Below are positions 32,129 through 41,220 of a DNA stretch of 64,000 nt, piece after piece. The translations under genes and the position numbers were made by a program. Source of the stretch: Candidatus Ferrigenium altingense (lineage in GTDB: Bacteria > Pseudomonadota > Gammaproteobacteria > Burkholderiales > Gallionellaceae). The stretch spans positions 241,730 to 305,729 of the forward strand of contig JAHRYS010000002.1 in NCBI GenBank assembly GCA_020621985.1, in the 5' to 3' direction. Numbering within the stretch: position 1 is the stretch's first letter; each line of letters begins with the position of its first letter. Under the pieces are notes generated by a model that was not told where the DNA came from, made no database searches, and was given only the letters and a program-made list of their open reading frames with translations.

Positions 32129-33420
32129 AAAGGAGAGTGTTGGTTTTTCCTGCCGGAACCGAAATCGGCCTGGAGATATTTCATGCACTCGAGCATTGCA
32201 AGGAGGTGAGTCTGTTCGGTGCCGGCCAGGATATTTCGAACCCGGCCCGCTTTGTTTATCCGGCCTATCACGTTCTCCCCGCCATCAGCGAGCCGGGATG
32301 GGTGGATGCTTTAATCGCACTTTGCCGATCGCTGCATATCGACTATATCTTTCCCGCTTACGACGATGTGATTGTCGCGTTGAGCCGCGAGGCTGAAAAA
32401 TTGCCTGCCAAGGTGATCTCTTCACCATCGAGGGCATGCGAAATCACGCGCTCCAAGTCGGAGACCTATCGCGCCCTCGATGGCATCGTTCGCGTGCCGC
32501 GCCTGTATGCGTCGGCAGAAGAGGTCGATAGCTATCCGGTTTTCGTCAAACCGGATCGGGGGCAAGGGTCTTTCGGAATCGCCAGAGTCGATGACAAGGA
32601 GGCGCTCGTTGCGGCGCTCCGTGCGATTCGCGATCCGATAATTTGCGAATTCCTGCCAGGCGAGGAATATACCGTCGACTGTTTTTCGGATCGGGAAAAA
32701 GGTGTGTTGTTTGCCGGGGCGCGCAGTCGCCGCCGGACGCGTAACGGCATTTCGGTCAATACGCTCACGGAAGCTTTGCCCGAAGCGACCGTGATGGCGA
32801 AACTCATCGGGCGCGAACTCGGACTGCACGGGGCCTGGTTCTTTCAGTTGAAGCGTGCTCAAGACGGGCAGCTGGCATTGCTGGAAATCGCTCCGCGCAT
32901 CGCTGGCGCGATGGCAGCTCATCGGGTTGCGGGTATCAATTTCCCCTTGTTGAGTATTTTCGAGGCAGAGCGCCTTCCTTTATCGGTGCATCCTCTTAAA
33001 GGGGTAGTTGAACTGGATCGGGCGTTGGGAAATCGCTATCGACATTCGATTGAGTTTGCCACGTTATATATCGATTTGGACGATACTTTGCTCGTTAATG
33101 ACCGCATCAATATTCTGGCGGTAAAGTTACTGTTTCAGTGCATCAACAACGGAAAAAAGGTCGTGCTGCTCACCCGGCATCGGGGCGATTTGGATCGGAC
33201 GCTGGCGAAACACCGCTTGTCAGGCTTGTTCGATGAAATAATCCACCTCGGCGAGGCGGAAAAGAAGTCGTCTCACATCAAAGACGATGCGGCGATTTTT
33301 GTAGATGATAGTTTTGCGGAGCGTATGGATGTGGCAGAGCGCTGCAATATTCCAACTTTCGATTGCAGTATGATTGAGCTGCTTACCGAACAGGCGGAAT
33401 TCCTGAATGGAGATAGATGA
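32125..33420 (+). CDS. ATP-grasp protein fused to a C-terminal HAD-like domain
   Basis: YPVFVKPDRGQGS, EFLPGEEYTVD and LLEIAPRIAG, then YIDLDDTL...FVDDS. Confidence 0.85.
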   Translation: MKRRVLVFPAGTEIGLEIFHALEHCKEVSLFGAGQDISNPARFVYPAYHVLPAISEPGWVDALIALCRSLHIDYIFPAYDDVIVALSREAEKLPAKVISSPSRACEITRSKSETYRALDGIVRVPRLYASAEEVDSYPVFVKPDRGQGSFGIARVDDKEALVAALRAIRDPIICEFLPGEEYTVDCFSDREKGVLFAGARSRRRTRNGISVNTLTEALPEATVMAKLIGRELGLHGAWFFQLKRAQDGQLALLEIAPRIAGAMAAHRVAGINFPLLSIFEAERLPLSVHPLKGVVELDRALGNRYRHSIEFATLYIDLDDTLLVNDRINILAVKLLFQCINNGKKVVLLTRHRGDLDRTLAKHRLSGLFDEIIHLGEAEKKSSHIKDDAAIFVDDSFAERMDVAERCNIPTFDCSMIELLTEQAEFLNGDR

Positions 33421-34163
33421 TGGGCGATTCAAACAAGGAAATGGAATTTCTTGAAAGCGTGACGCATACCTACGTTACGAGCGACAGCCCGCAGGACAGG
33501 CTCATCAAGACACTCGCGGTGCGCACATTCCAGCCGTACATGCAGCGCGGAAAACGCGCGCTGGAATTCGGCTGTTGCGACGGTTTCATGACCGGACTCA
33601 TTGCGGGGCACGTCGATCAGCTAACGGTCGTTGACGGCTCACAGACATTCATCGACATGGCCAAGAAACGGGTTCCCGATAACGTGGAATTCGTGCATGC
33701 GCTGTTTGAGGATTTCTCGCCTGGTTGCAAGTTTGATTACATCTTCGCCACTTATGTGCTGGAACATGTCGGCGATGCGGTCGGTTTTCTGAAGATCGCG
33801 AATCGGTTGTTGGCCGAAGACGGGCTGCTGTTCCTGGTGGTGCCCAATGCCCGCGCCTTTTCCCGTCAGCTTGCACGCCACATGGGGCTGCTCGACGATC
33901 TTTTCGCGCTGACGCCGAACGACATCAATCATGGCCATCGTCGGGTATATGACCGCATCGCACTGAACCGTGATATCGCATCCGCCGGCATGTTGCAGGT
34001 CGGTCAAGGAGGGCTCTTGCTCAAGTTGCTGGCCGATTTTCAGATGGATACGCTGATCGAAAACGGAATTCTCGGTGAGCCGCAACTGGAGGGGTTGTAC
34101 AAAATGGGGTTCGAGTACCCCGATCTGGCCGGCAGCTTGTTTTCGGTTTGTCGGCGGCCGTGA
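33417..34163 (+). CDS. Class I SAM-dependent methyltransferase
   Basis: ALEFGCCDG, VLEHV, LVVPNA and GHRRVY. Confidence 0.88.
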   Translation: MMGDSNKEMEFLESVTHTYVTSDSPQDRLIKTLAVRTFQPYMQRGKRALEFGCCDGFMTGLIAGHVDQLTVVDGSQTFIDMAKKRVPDNVEFVHALFEDFSPGCKFDYIFATYVLEHVGDAVGFLKIANRLLAEDGLLFLVVPNARAFSRQLARHMGLLDDLFALTPNDINHGHRRVYDRIALNRDIASAGMLQVGQGGLLLKLLADFQMDTLIENGILGEPQLEGLYKMGFEYPDLAGSLFSVCRRP

Positions 34164-34203
34164 TAGCCGCTGGTCTGTGTGATTGATTTAGAAAGAACGA
34201 AAA

Positions 34204-35283
34204 ATGGCATCCAATCTCAGTTTTCTGGAGAAGAATGCGATGCGCACTCCAAGCCTGGAGGAGCTGCTTCCGCTACCGGCGCCCTTGGGCTTGTGCATCG
34301 AGCCCACTAACCGCTGCAACTTTAGTTGCAGTTTTTGCCCCGTACATTTGGAGGAATTCCCCGATGTCGTCGGAGGGCTGCGCTTCATGGACTTTGCCTT
34401 GTTCGAGAAAGTTGTCCATGATGTCAAGGCAACGGGTCAGCGATTGGTCAATCTGAATTTGTATGGTGATGGCGAGCCTTTTCTTAACAAGCGCCTGTTA
34501 GACATGATTCGTCTTGCGGCGCAAATGCAAATCGCACAAAACATCATCGTTACCTCCAACGGATCTGCCATTACCGAGGGAAACGCTATTGCGTTGCTTG
34601 ATTCTGGCCTTACTCATCTGCGGGTTTCCATTTACGGCATAGATGAGGATTTTCATCGGCACATCACCGGCTCACCCATCACTCCCGCTCAAGTGCATGC
34701 CAACATTGACAGGTTGCGAAAGTTGCGCGATGCGCGTGGCAGCCGGTTGCCTCATATCTATGTGAAGATGATCGGAACCAGCGAGACTAGTTCGCAACTT
34801 GAACGTTTCCGGGAGCTATACGCCGATGTGGCCGACGAGGTAAACGTGGAGAATCCCATCAACTGGAACGGATATAACGATAACGATTTGGTGGGAGCGC
34901 TGGACCCCGAGCATGAGTGTAACCTGACCCTTGTGCAAGGCTGGCACAAGCAGAAGGGACAGTCGAATCACCACAAGCAGATTTGCACCACTCCATTCTT
35001 GTCGCTCAACGTCAAATCGGACGGTGTCGTGACTATCTGCATCGTGGATTGGAACAAGGGTACGGCAGTCGGCGATATCACTCGCGAATCACTGGCAGAC
35101 ATCTGGCATGGCGAGCGTCTGCGCGCGTTCAGGCGCATGCATATCGAGGGCCGCCGCAGTGAAAATCCTTCGTGCCGCAATTGTCAGGTGCTATATAACA
35201 GCCCCGACAATATCGATGCGCTAGCATCCGCCGACCCAGAGCGTTTGCTTTATTACCCGCATCCATCAGGCCATAATCGCTAG
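34204..35283 (+). CDS. Radical SAM protein with SPASM/Twitch domain
   Basis: CNFSCSFC (CX3CX2C) and GDGEP; C-terminal CTTPF..G.V.IC..VGDI..LADIW..CRNC. Confidence 0.92.
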   Translation: MASNLSFLEKNAMRTPSLEELLPLPAPLGLCIEPTNRCNFSCSFCPVHLEEFPDVVGGLRFMDFALFEKVVHDVKATGQRLVNLNLYGDGEPFLNKRLLDMIRLAAQMQIAQNIIVTSNGSAITEGNAIALLDSGLTHLRVSIYGIDEDFHRHITGSPITPAQVHANIDRLRKLRDARGSRLPHIYVKMIGTSETSSQLERFRELYADVADEVNVENPINWNGYNDNDLVGALDPEHECNLTLVQGWHKQKGQSNHHKQICTTPFLSLNVKSDGVVTICIVDWNKGTAVGDITRESLADIWHGERLRAFRRMHIEGRRSENPSCRNCQVLYNSPDNIDALASADPERLLYYPHPSGHNR

Positions 35284-35293
35284 CAGGCCCATC

Positions 35294-36409
35294 ATGACCA
35301 AAAAAATACAGCATGGAAATGGCAGCAAGCCAATTTTGATTTTCCCCGGCGGCATGCCGCGCTCGCTGGAATACTTGCAAAACTGCCTGCGCGATGGGCT
35401 GCCTGTCATCGGTGCATCCTCGCTCGACTATGATGTCTCGCGGGAGAAATATCCGTCGTGGCTGTTCTTGCCCTACATTGCCCAGTCCGGGTTTGATGAG
35501 GCTCTGAAGCAGGCAATTGTGGAATTCGGTATCGGGGGGGTCTATTCGCCCAATCCGGTAGTTTGGGGCTACCTCAACCGCAAGCTGAAGGATATCGCCC
35601 CGGGTGTTGCGCTGGTGAACGAATCGCCGGTGGGCGCGGAATTGAGCGGCTACCGGGCCGCCCGAGCCTGGGCGCGTTCCCGGCTCGATCAGCCGCTTCC
35701 GGTGGCCTCCGCGCTGATGCCCAAAACGCACCTGTCGGAAATCGAACTGGCCTCCTTGTTCCGGCATGCGGAGTTGATCCCCGGTATGTGCGACTGTGAA
35801 AAATTCTGCGCGCTGTATGAGATTGCACGCCGCAGCCCAGCCGGAGATGTGGTGGAGATCGGGAGCTGGTGGGGGAAGTCCGCCTTCATCCTGGCAAGGC
35901 TGGCGCGTTGCTATGGAATAGGCAATTTGCTGTGTGTGGACCCTTGGTCGAATGAACATCTCGTGCAAAATGACGAAAAGGGACTGGTGGACGCCGAATC
36001 GGCACGTCTGGATGCCGAGGAGGCACTGGCGGTTTTCGAGATGAACCTGCTCCCATACAGCGCCAATCACGTCAATTATCTGCGCATGCCCTCGACGGAC
36101 GGCGCGAAGCATTATCGCGAACACCGGAGTGCTACCACCTCATCATTTGGAACCACGAGTTATTGCGGGCATATTGCGATCCTGCATATTGACGGCAATC
36201 ACAGTTATGCCGCCGCCAAGGCCGACATTGCATCCTGGAGCGGGTTTGTTGTTGACGGCGGGTGGATGATTGTTGACGACTATATTTGGCCGTATGGCGA
36301 TGGTCCGCAACGGGCCGGCGATGAGTTCCTGGCGGAAAATAAAGACAGGATTGATGTTGCTTTTGTGATGGGTAGCGCCCTATTGGTCCAATTGTCACAT
36401 GCAGCATAG
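35294..36409 (+). CDS. SAM-dependent methyltransferase (Methyltransf_24-like) with an extra N-terminal domain
   Basis: VVEIGSWWGKS, CVDPW, LHIDGNHSY and GGWMIVDDY. Confidence 0.85.
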   Translation: MTKKIQHGNGSKPILIFPGGMPRSLEYLQNCLRDGLPVIGASSLDYDVSREKYPSWLFLPYIAQSGFDEALKQAIVEFGIGGVYSPNPVVWGYLNRKLKDIAPGVALVNESPVGAELSGYRAARAWARSRLDQPLPVASALMPKTHLSEIELASLFRHAELIPGMCDCEKFCALYEIARRSPAGDVVEIGSWWGKSAFILARLARCYGIGNLLCVDPWSNEHLVQNDEKGLVDAESARLDAEEALAVFEMNLLPYSANHVNYLRMPSTDGAKHYREHRSATTSSFGTTSYCGHIAILHIDGNHSYAAAKADIASWSGFVVDGGWMIVDDYIWPYGDGPQRAGDEFLAENKDRIDVAFVMGSALLVQLSHAA

Positions 36410-36467
36410 ACATGAAGCCAAAACAGCTCGCATTTGCAAGCAGTAATACATTGACTATGGGTGTCTT

Positions 36468-36496
36468 CGGATTTTGCTTCGCTTCATCCGGGCCAC
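36468..36496. repeat. Partial REP of the same family as 17528
   Basis: CGGATTTTGCTTCGCTTCATCCGGGCCAC. Confidence 0.6.
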
Positions 36497-36671
36497 AACA
36501 AAGCGTAAGGCCAATGTAACTACTGATGAGGCTCTAAATATTGGACTAAGACGCGATGAAATTGCGTTTAGACGCTACTTATAGCCATCTGGCCAGGCTG
36601 CCCAAAAACGACAGCCAAGTCTTGGTTATCATGAATTGCTCTTACTGCAACAAAGAAATTCAAAATTCCCC

Positions 36672-36698
36672 TAAAGTTTTCCCGTCCCGTTCCGATAA
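36672..36698 (+). promoter_or_regulatory. sigma28 (FliA) promoter of the flagellin genes
   Basis: TAAA-N15-TCCGATAA. Confidence 0.85.
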
Positions 36699-36789
36699 CT
36701 CTACTAACGGCGGTTGACAAGCTTGCAACATCAGGCAAACCAAAGTGAACGGCAACCAAGCCGGACAATAAACTTTAAGGAGAACTAAA

Positions 36790-37482
36790 ATGGCACAAGT
36801 TATCAACACCAACGTAGGCGCCCTGTTCGCTGGATCAGCCCTGAACAAATCGGCGATTGCGCTGCAAACCGCCCAGCAACGCCTGTCTTCCGGCCTGCGC
36901 ATCAATAGCGCCAAGGATGACGCTACCGGCTTGGCCACCGCCACCGGTTACGATACCTCGATTCGAGCAACGAACGTGACCATTCGCATGGCAAATGACG
37001 CTGTTTCGCTGGCGCAAACCGCCGATGGCTATCTGGGCCAAATCACGGAAAACCTGCAACGCATGTCTGAAGTGCTGAAACAAGTCCCGGCGGGCAATGC
37101 TGAAACTACCGCGCTTATCGCTGAAAATACCCGTATTAATGCGCTGGTTATCAACTCGGTTGCGGTTGCCGGGGGTCCGACGGCGGCTTACGGCACCAAG
37201 CCGTCGCTTACTGGCACTACCGCATCTGTCGCTGCAGATCTTACCGCTGTAACAACTTCACGCGCCACCTTCGGTGCCGACATGTCGGGGCTGGCATCTA
37301 CCGTTGCCACCTTGCAGACCGCTTCGGTGAACTTGTCGGCCGCGTTTAGCCGCGTCATGGACACCGACTACGCCGCAGAAACTACAAGCATGACCCGCAA
37401 CAACATTCTGCAACAAGCGGGAACGGCAGTGCTGGCGCAGGCGAACCAGACGCCAAACACCGTGTTGACTTTGCTGCGTTAA
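36790..37482 (+). CDS. fliC: Flagellin (230 aa, unusually short)
   Basis: MAQVINTN, RLSSGLRINSAKDD, SRVMDTDYA.E and ILQQAGTAVLAQANQ..VLTLLR. Confidence 0.95.
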   Translation: MAQVINTNVGALFAGSALNKSAIALQTAQQRLSSGLRINSAKDDATGLATATGYDTSIRATNVTIRMANDAVSLAQTADGYLGQITENLQRMSEVLKQVPAGNAETTALIAENTRINALVINSVAVAGGPTAAYGTKPSLTGTTASVAADLTAVTTSRATFGADMSGLASTVATLQTASVNLSAAFSRVMDTDYAAETTSMTRNNILQQAGTAVLAQANQTPNTVLTLLR

Positions 37483-37517
37483 TCGGTCAATACAGCTAAT
37501 ACCTAAGGAGAATTAAA

Positions 37518-38225
37518 ATGGCACAAGTCATCAACACCAACGTAGGCGCCCTGTTCGCTGGATCAGCCCTGAACAAATCGGCGATTGCGCTGCAAACCGC
37601 CCAGCAACGCCTGTCTTCCGGCCTGCGCATCAATAGCGCCAAGGATGACGCTACCGGCTTGGCCACCGCCACCGGTTACGATACCTCGATTCGAGCAACG
37701 AACGTGACCATTCGCATGGCAAATGACGCTGTTTCGCTGGCGCAAACCGCCGATGGCTATCTGGGCCAAATCACGGAAAACCTGCAACGCATGTCTGAAG
37801 TGCTGAAACAAGTCCCGGCGGGCAATGCTGAAACTGCCGCACTTGCCGCGGAAAACGTCCGTATTAACGCGCTGGTTGTTAACTCGGTTGTGGTTGCCGG
37901 GGGTCCGGCTGCGGCTTACGGCACCAAGCCGGTACTGACTGCCATTACTGCTGGTGCGACCGCTGCGAATGTCACTACAGATCTCGGTCTTGTAACCACT
38001 TCACGCGCCACCTTCGGCGCCGACATGTCGGGGCTGGCATCTACCGTTGCCACCTTGCAGACCGCTTCGGTGAACTTGTCGGCCGCGTTTAGCCGCGTCA
38101 TGGACACCGACTACGCCGCAGAAACTACAAGCATGACCCGCAACAACATTCTGCAACAAGCGGGAACGGCAGTGCTGGCGCAGGCGAACCAGACGCCAAA
38201 CACGGTGCTGACTTTGCTGCGTTAA
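37518..38225 (+). CDS. fliC: Flagellin paralog (235 aa)
   Basis: Termini nearly identical to the first copy; has its own TAAGGAG RBS. Confidence 0.95.
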   Translation: MAQVINTNVGALFAGSALNKSAIALQTAQQRLSSGLRINSAKDDATGLATATGYDTSIRATNVTIRMANDAVSLAQTADGYLGQITENLQRMSEVLKQVPAGNAETAALAAENVRINALVVNSVVVAGGPAAAYGTKPVLTAITAGATAANVTTDLGLVTTSRATFGADMSGLASTVATLQTASVNLSAAFSRVMDTDYAAETTSMTRNNILQQAGTAVLAQANQTPNTVLTLLR

Positions 38226-38241
38226 CCTTGGTAGTATAATG

Positions 38242-38271
38242 AATGCCTGACCGGACAACCGGTTGGGCATT
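38242..38271 (+). terminator. Hairpin after the flagellins (terminator or stabiliser)
   Basis: AATGCCTGACCGG-ACAA-CCGGTTGGGCATT. Confidence 0.55.
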
Positions 38272-38291
38272 TGGAGCAAAGGAGATCAAAA

Positions 38292-38672
38292 ATGATTATC
38301 CAGAATAGCACCACAAATCAGGCGGCAGCGCCTGCTAGGCTCGCCAGCGATGGCGAGCCTAATGCCGTTATTACCGCACCCTCGAATGCAGAAGCGCAGT
38401 CTAGCGTTGCAGTTGCGCAAGTTGCCTCCCAGCAGCCTTCATCTCAGCAGTTGCAGAACGCGGTGGACGGCATCAACCAGGCAATGCGGCAGTCAAACCA
38501 GAATCTGGAATTCAGCGTGGATCCCGGTACAAAAAAGCCGATCGTCAAGATGGTGGACACGCAAACCGGCGAGTTGATTCGTCAATTTCCATCGGAAGAG
38601 ACGCTGGCGATTGCACGTTCGATAGACCAATTCCTGCAACGGCAGGGTCTATTGTTGAACCAAAAAGTATAG
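38292..38672 (+). CDS. flaG: Flagellar protein FlaG
   Basis: LEFSVD...VKMVD.QTGELIRQFPSEE. Confidence 0.9.
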   Translation: MIIQNSTTNQAAAPARLASDGEPNAVITAPSNAEAQSSVAVAQVASQQPSSQQLQNAVDGINQAMRQSNQNLEFSVDPGTKKPIVKMVDTQTGELIRQFPSEETLAIARSIDQFLQRQGLLLNQKV

Positions 38673-38688
38673 TCCGGGAGATAAAGCC

Positions 38689-40065
38689 ATGGCAACCTCA
38701 TCAGTAGCGTCGTCAAGTGTGGGACTTGATGTCCCCAGCCTCGTCGCGCAGTTAATGGCGGTCGAGCGGCAACCGATCGATAAAATCAACACGAGGGTAG
38801 CCAGCTACCAGACCAAAATTTCGTCTTTTGGCACGATCAGAGGATTAGTCTCGGGTTTTCAAACCGCTTTGCAGAGTTTGAAAAACAGCTCGTTGGGATT
38901 TAGCGCCACTCCATCCGATACCAGCGTTTTTTCCGCCTCTGCCGCCAGCACGGCAGTAGCGGGCACTTATGCGATTAACATCACCGCGCTGGCGCAAGCT
39001 ACTCAGCTTGCCGCTGCCGGGCAAGCCAGCGATATCAGCGCTATTGCGGCTACCGGGCCTTCAACGGTGACTTTCACTGTCGGCGGCGTCAATACAAATA
39101 TCACGATAGCGGCAGGCGCTACGCTGCAAAACATACGCGACACGATCAATACCGCCAATATGGGCGTGACCGCGACTATCGTCAATAGTGGCGGTGCGAC
39201 ACCCTATCGCCTCGCGATATCCTCGAACAGCACTGGCGTAAGCAACGCGATCAGCAGCATTACCGTCCAGGCCGGAGGAGACGCCAGCGTCAACAGTTTG
39301 TTGGCGTACGCCCCTACCGTCAACCCCCCCGCACTCGTCACGATGACCCAGACAACCGCCGCCCAAAATGCCGCCTTCACGGTGAATGGCATCGCGGTTA
39401 CCAGCGCTTCCAACACGGTCACCACTGCGATCCAGGGCGTTACGTTGACGCTGTCCAAGGTTACGGCTACGCCCGCCACGTTGACGGTAGCACATGATAC
39501 AAACGCAGCCAGCACGGCGGTATCCGGTTTCATCGATGCATATAATGCGTTGGCCAGCCAGCTGAAGAGCCGCTCCGCCTATGGGAGCGCCACCGCGCAG
39601 GGGGGGGCTTTGGCGGGTGATGGAACGCTGCGCCTGATGCAGGATCAATTGCGCGGCATTTTTAATACGCCTGCGAGCGGTGGCACCCTGACCTACCTCG
39701 CTGAAGTCGGTGTTGCGTTCCAGGCAGACGGCACGCTGAAACTGGATAGCAGCAAACTGAACAGCGCGATGGCGAGCAATTTCAGCGATGTGACTAATTT
39801 GTTCTCTTCTGCAACGGGTTTTGCCACCAGGCTGGACGCATGGGCTACCTCCGCTCTTTCTCCCGGCGATGGCTTGATCGCCACTCGCACCGATAGCCTT
39901 AACACATCTATCAAAAACTATAGCGATCAGCTTAGCAAATTGGAAGCCAGGATGACGGCCCTGCAAAAACGATACACCACTACCTATAGCAATCTCAATA
40001 TGTTGCTGATCAGCATGAATGGCACCAGCAGTTACCTGAGTCAGCAACTCTCCAAAGGAGCATGA
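38689..40065 (+). CDS. fliD: Flagellar filament cap
   Basis: GLDV.SLV.QLM.VER.P, AQNA.FTVNG, GALAGD, and C-terminal QKRY...YSNL. Confidence 0.92.
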   Translation: MATSSVASSSVGLDVPSLVAQLMAVERQPIDKINTRVASYQTKISSFGTIRGLVSGFQTALQSLKNSSLGFSATPSDTSVFSASAASTAVAGTYAINITALAQATQLAAAGQASDISAIAATGPSTVTFTVGGVNTNITIAAGATLQNIRDTINTANMGVTATIVNSGGATPYRLAISSNSTGVSNAISSITVQAGGDASVNSLLAYAPTVNPPALVTMTQTTAAQNAAFTVNGIAVTSASNTVTTAIQGVTLTLSKVTATPATLTVAHDTNAASTAVSGFIDAYNALASQLKSRSAYGSATAQGGALAGDGTLRLMQDQLRGIFNTPASGGTLTYLAEVGVAFQADGTLKLDSSKLNSAMASNFSDVTNLFSSATGFATRLDAWATSALSPGDGLIATRTDSLNTSIKNYSDQLSKLEARMTALQKRYTTTYSNLNMLLISMNGTSSYLSQQLSKGA

Positions 40066-40067
40066 TC

Positions 40068-40529
40068 ATGAACGCCACAGCTGCAATCAAAGCCTATAAC
40101 AAAGTCGGGATCGAATCCAGCGTGACGGCTGCCGATCCGGTCAAGCTGATTTCGATGTTATATCAGGGCGCTTTGCTGGCGATCGCCAATGCCAAGAACG
40201 GCATCCTGCGCAAGGACACCCCCGCCAAGGGTGCGGCGATTTCCAAAGCCATTGCCATCATCGGCGAAGGCCTGAATGCCAGTCTGGATAAAAAGGTTGG
40301 GGGTGAGTTGGCGCAGAATTTGTCTTCATTATACGACTATATGGTTATGCGTCTGCTTGCCGCCAATTTGAATAACGATATGGCCGCGCTGGATGAAGTG
40401 GCGCGCCTGCTGAACGATTTGAAGGGCGCTTGGGACAGTATCCGCCAGTCGGCCGCAGCCGTGCCGCAGCATCTGGATATACAGCCAAAAATCGCGAATA
40501 GAGCGCAACTGGCATACGCAAGAGGATAA
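40068..40529 (+). CDS. fliS: Flagellin export chaperone
   Basis: ADPVKLISMLYQGA, GGELAQNLSSLYDYM and AWD.I. Confidence 0.95.
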   Translation: MNATAAIKAYNKVGIESSVTAADPVKLISMLYQGALLAIANAKNGILRKDTPAKGAAISKAIAIIGEGLNASLDKKVGGELAQNLSSLYDYMVMRLLAANLNNDMAALDEVARLLNDLKGAWDSIRQSAAAVPQHLDIQPKIANRAQLAYARG

Positions 40530-40533
40530 GAAA

Positions 40534-40857
40534 ATGGGCAGCCATCAAGTCATCGCAAATTACGAATCGCTCTCTACCCTGACCGCGCAGATGCGCGAGG
40601 CGGCGGTGCGCGGCGAGTGGGAAAATCTGATTGAGCTTGAGCAGCAGTGCCGGCAGTATGTTGCCGCGATGAAGCAGGCGGATGCGTCCACCACGCTGGA
40701 CGAGCCGTCCCGGCAGCGCAAGGTTCAGATCATCAAGAAAATCCTGGAAAATGATGCCGACATCCGCAGCCGTACCGTGGCATGGATGGGGCAGCTGCAA
40801 CGCGTTATGCAAAGCAATCGCCAGGAGCAACGGTTGCAGCAGGCATACGGTGGGTAG
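40534..40857 (+). CDS. fliT: Flagellar chaperone FliT
   Basis: M..AA..GEW..L..LE and IL.NDA.IR; follows fliS. Confidence 0.88.
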   Translation: MGSHQVIANYESLSTLTAQMREAAVRGEWENLIELEQQCRQYVAAMKQADASTTLDEPSRQRKVQIIKKILENDADIRSRTVAWMGQLQRVMQSNRQEQRLQQAYGG

Positions 40858-40958
40858 AGACATGCCGGGCAAATTTGATGCCCGCATATTCCCGTATTTC
40901 GCAGGGGCAGGTCTGGGACCTGCCCTTTTGCATAAGGGAATCTCTGAAATTCAGCATC

Positions 40959-40988
40959 GTAGGGCGGATGAGCGTAGCGTTATCCGCC
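40959..40988. repeat. Single GTAG REP
   Basis: GTAGGGCGGATGAGCGTAGCGTTATCCGCC; related to the REP at 54957. Confidence 0.65.
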
Positions 40989-41005
40989 GAAAAAACCTGA
41001 TGAGA

Positions 41006-41220
41006 TGATTGCCTTCAATGCTACCCGCCAATGTAATTAGTAAGCGTAGCCCGGATGAAATGCAATGGAATCCGGGGCACTTTCGGGTGCGCCTACCACT
41101 CCCCGGATTTCGCTTCGCTTCATCCGGGCTACTGAAAGGTTTTGTCTTGTCTAGTTCAAACGCACTCTACGCATACCGAATAAAGTGATTGCCTTCAATG
41201 CTACCCGCCAATGTAATTAG
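41006..41220 (+). repeat. Perfect 35-bp direct repeat (41006-41040, 41186-41220) enclosing a REP doublet (41046-41132)
   Basis: TGATTGCCTTCAATGCTACCCGCCAATGTAATTAG occurs twice, 180 bp apart. Confidence 0.9.
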
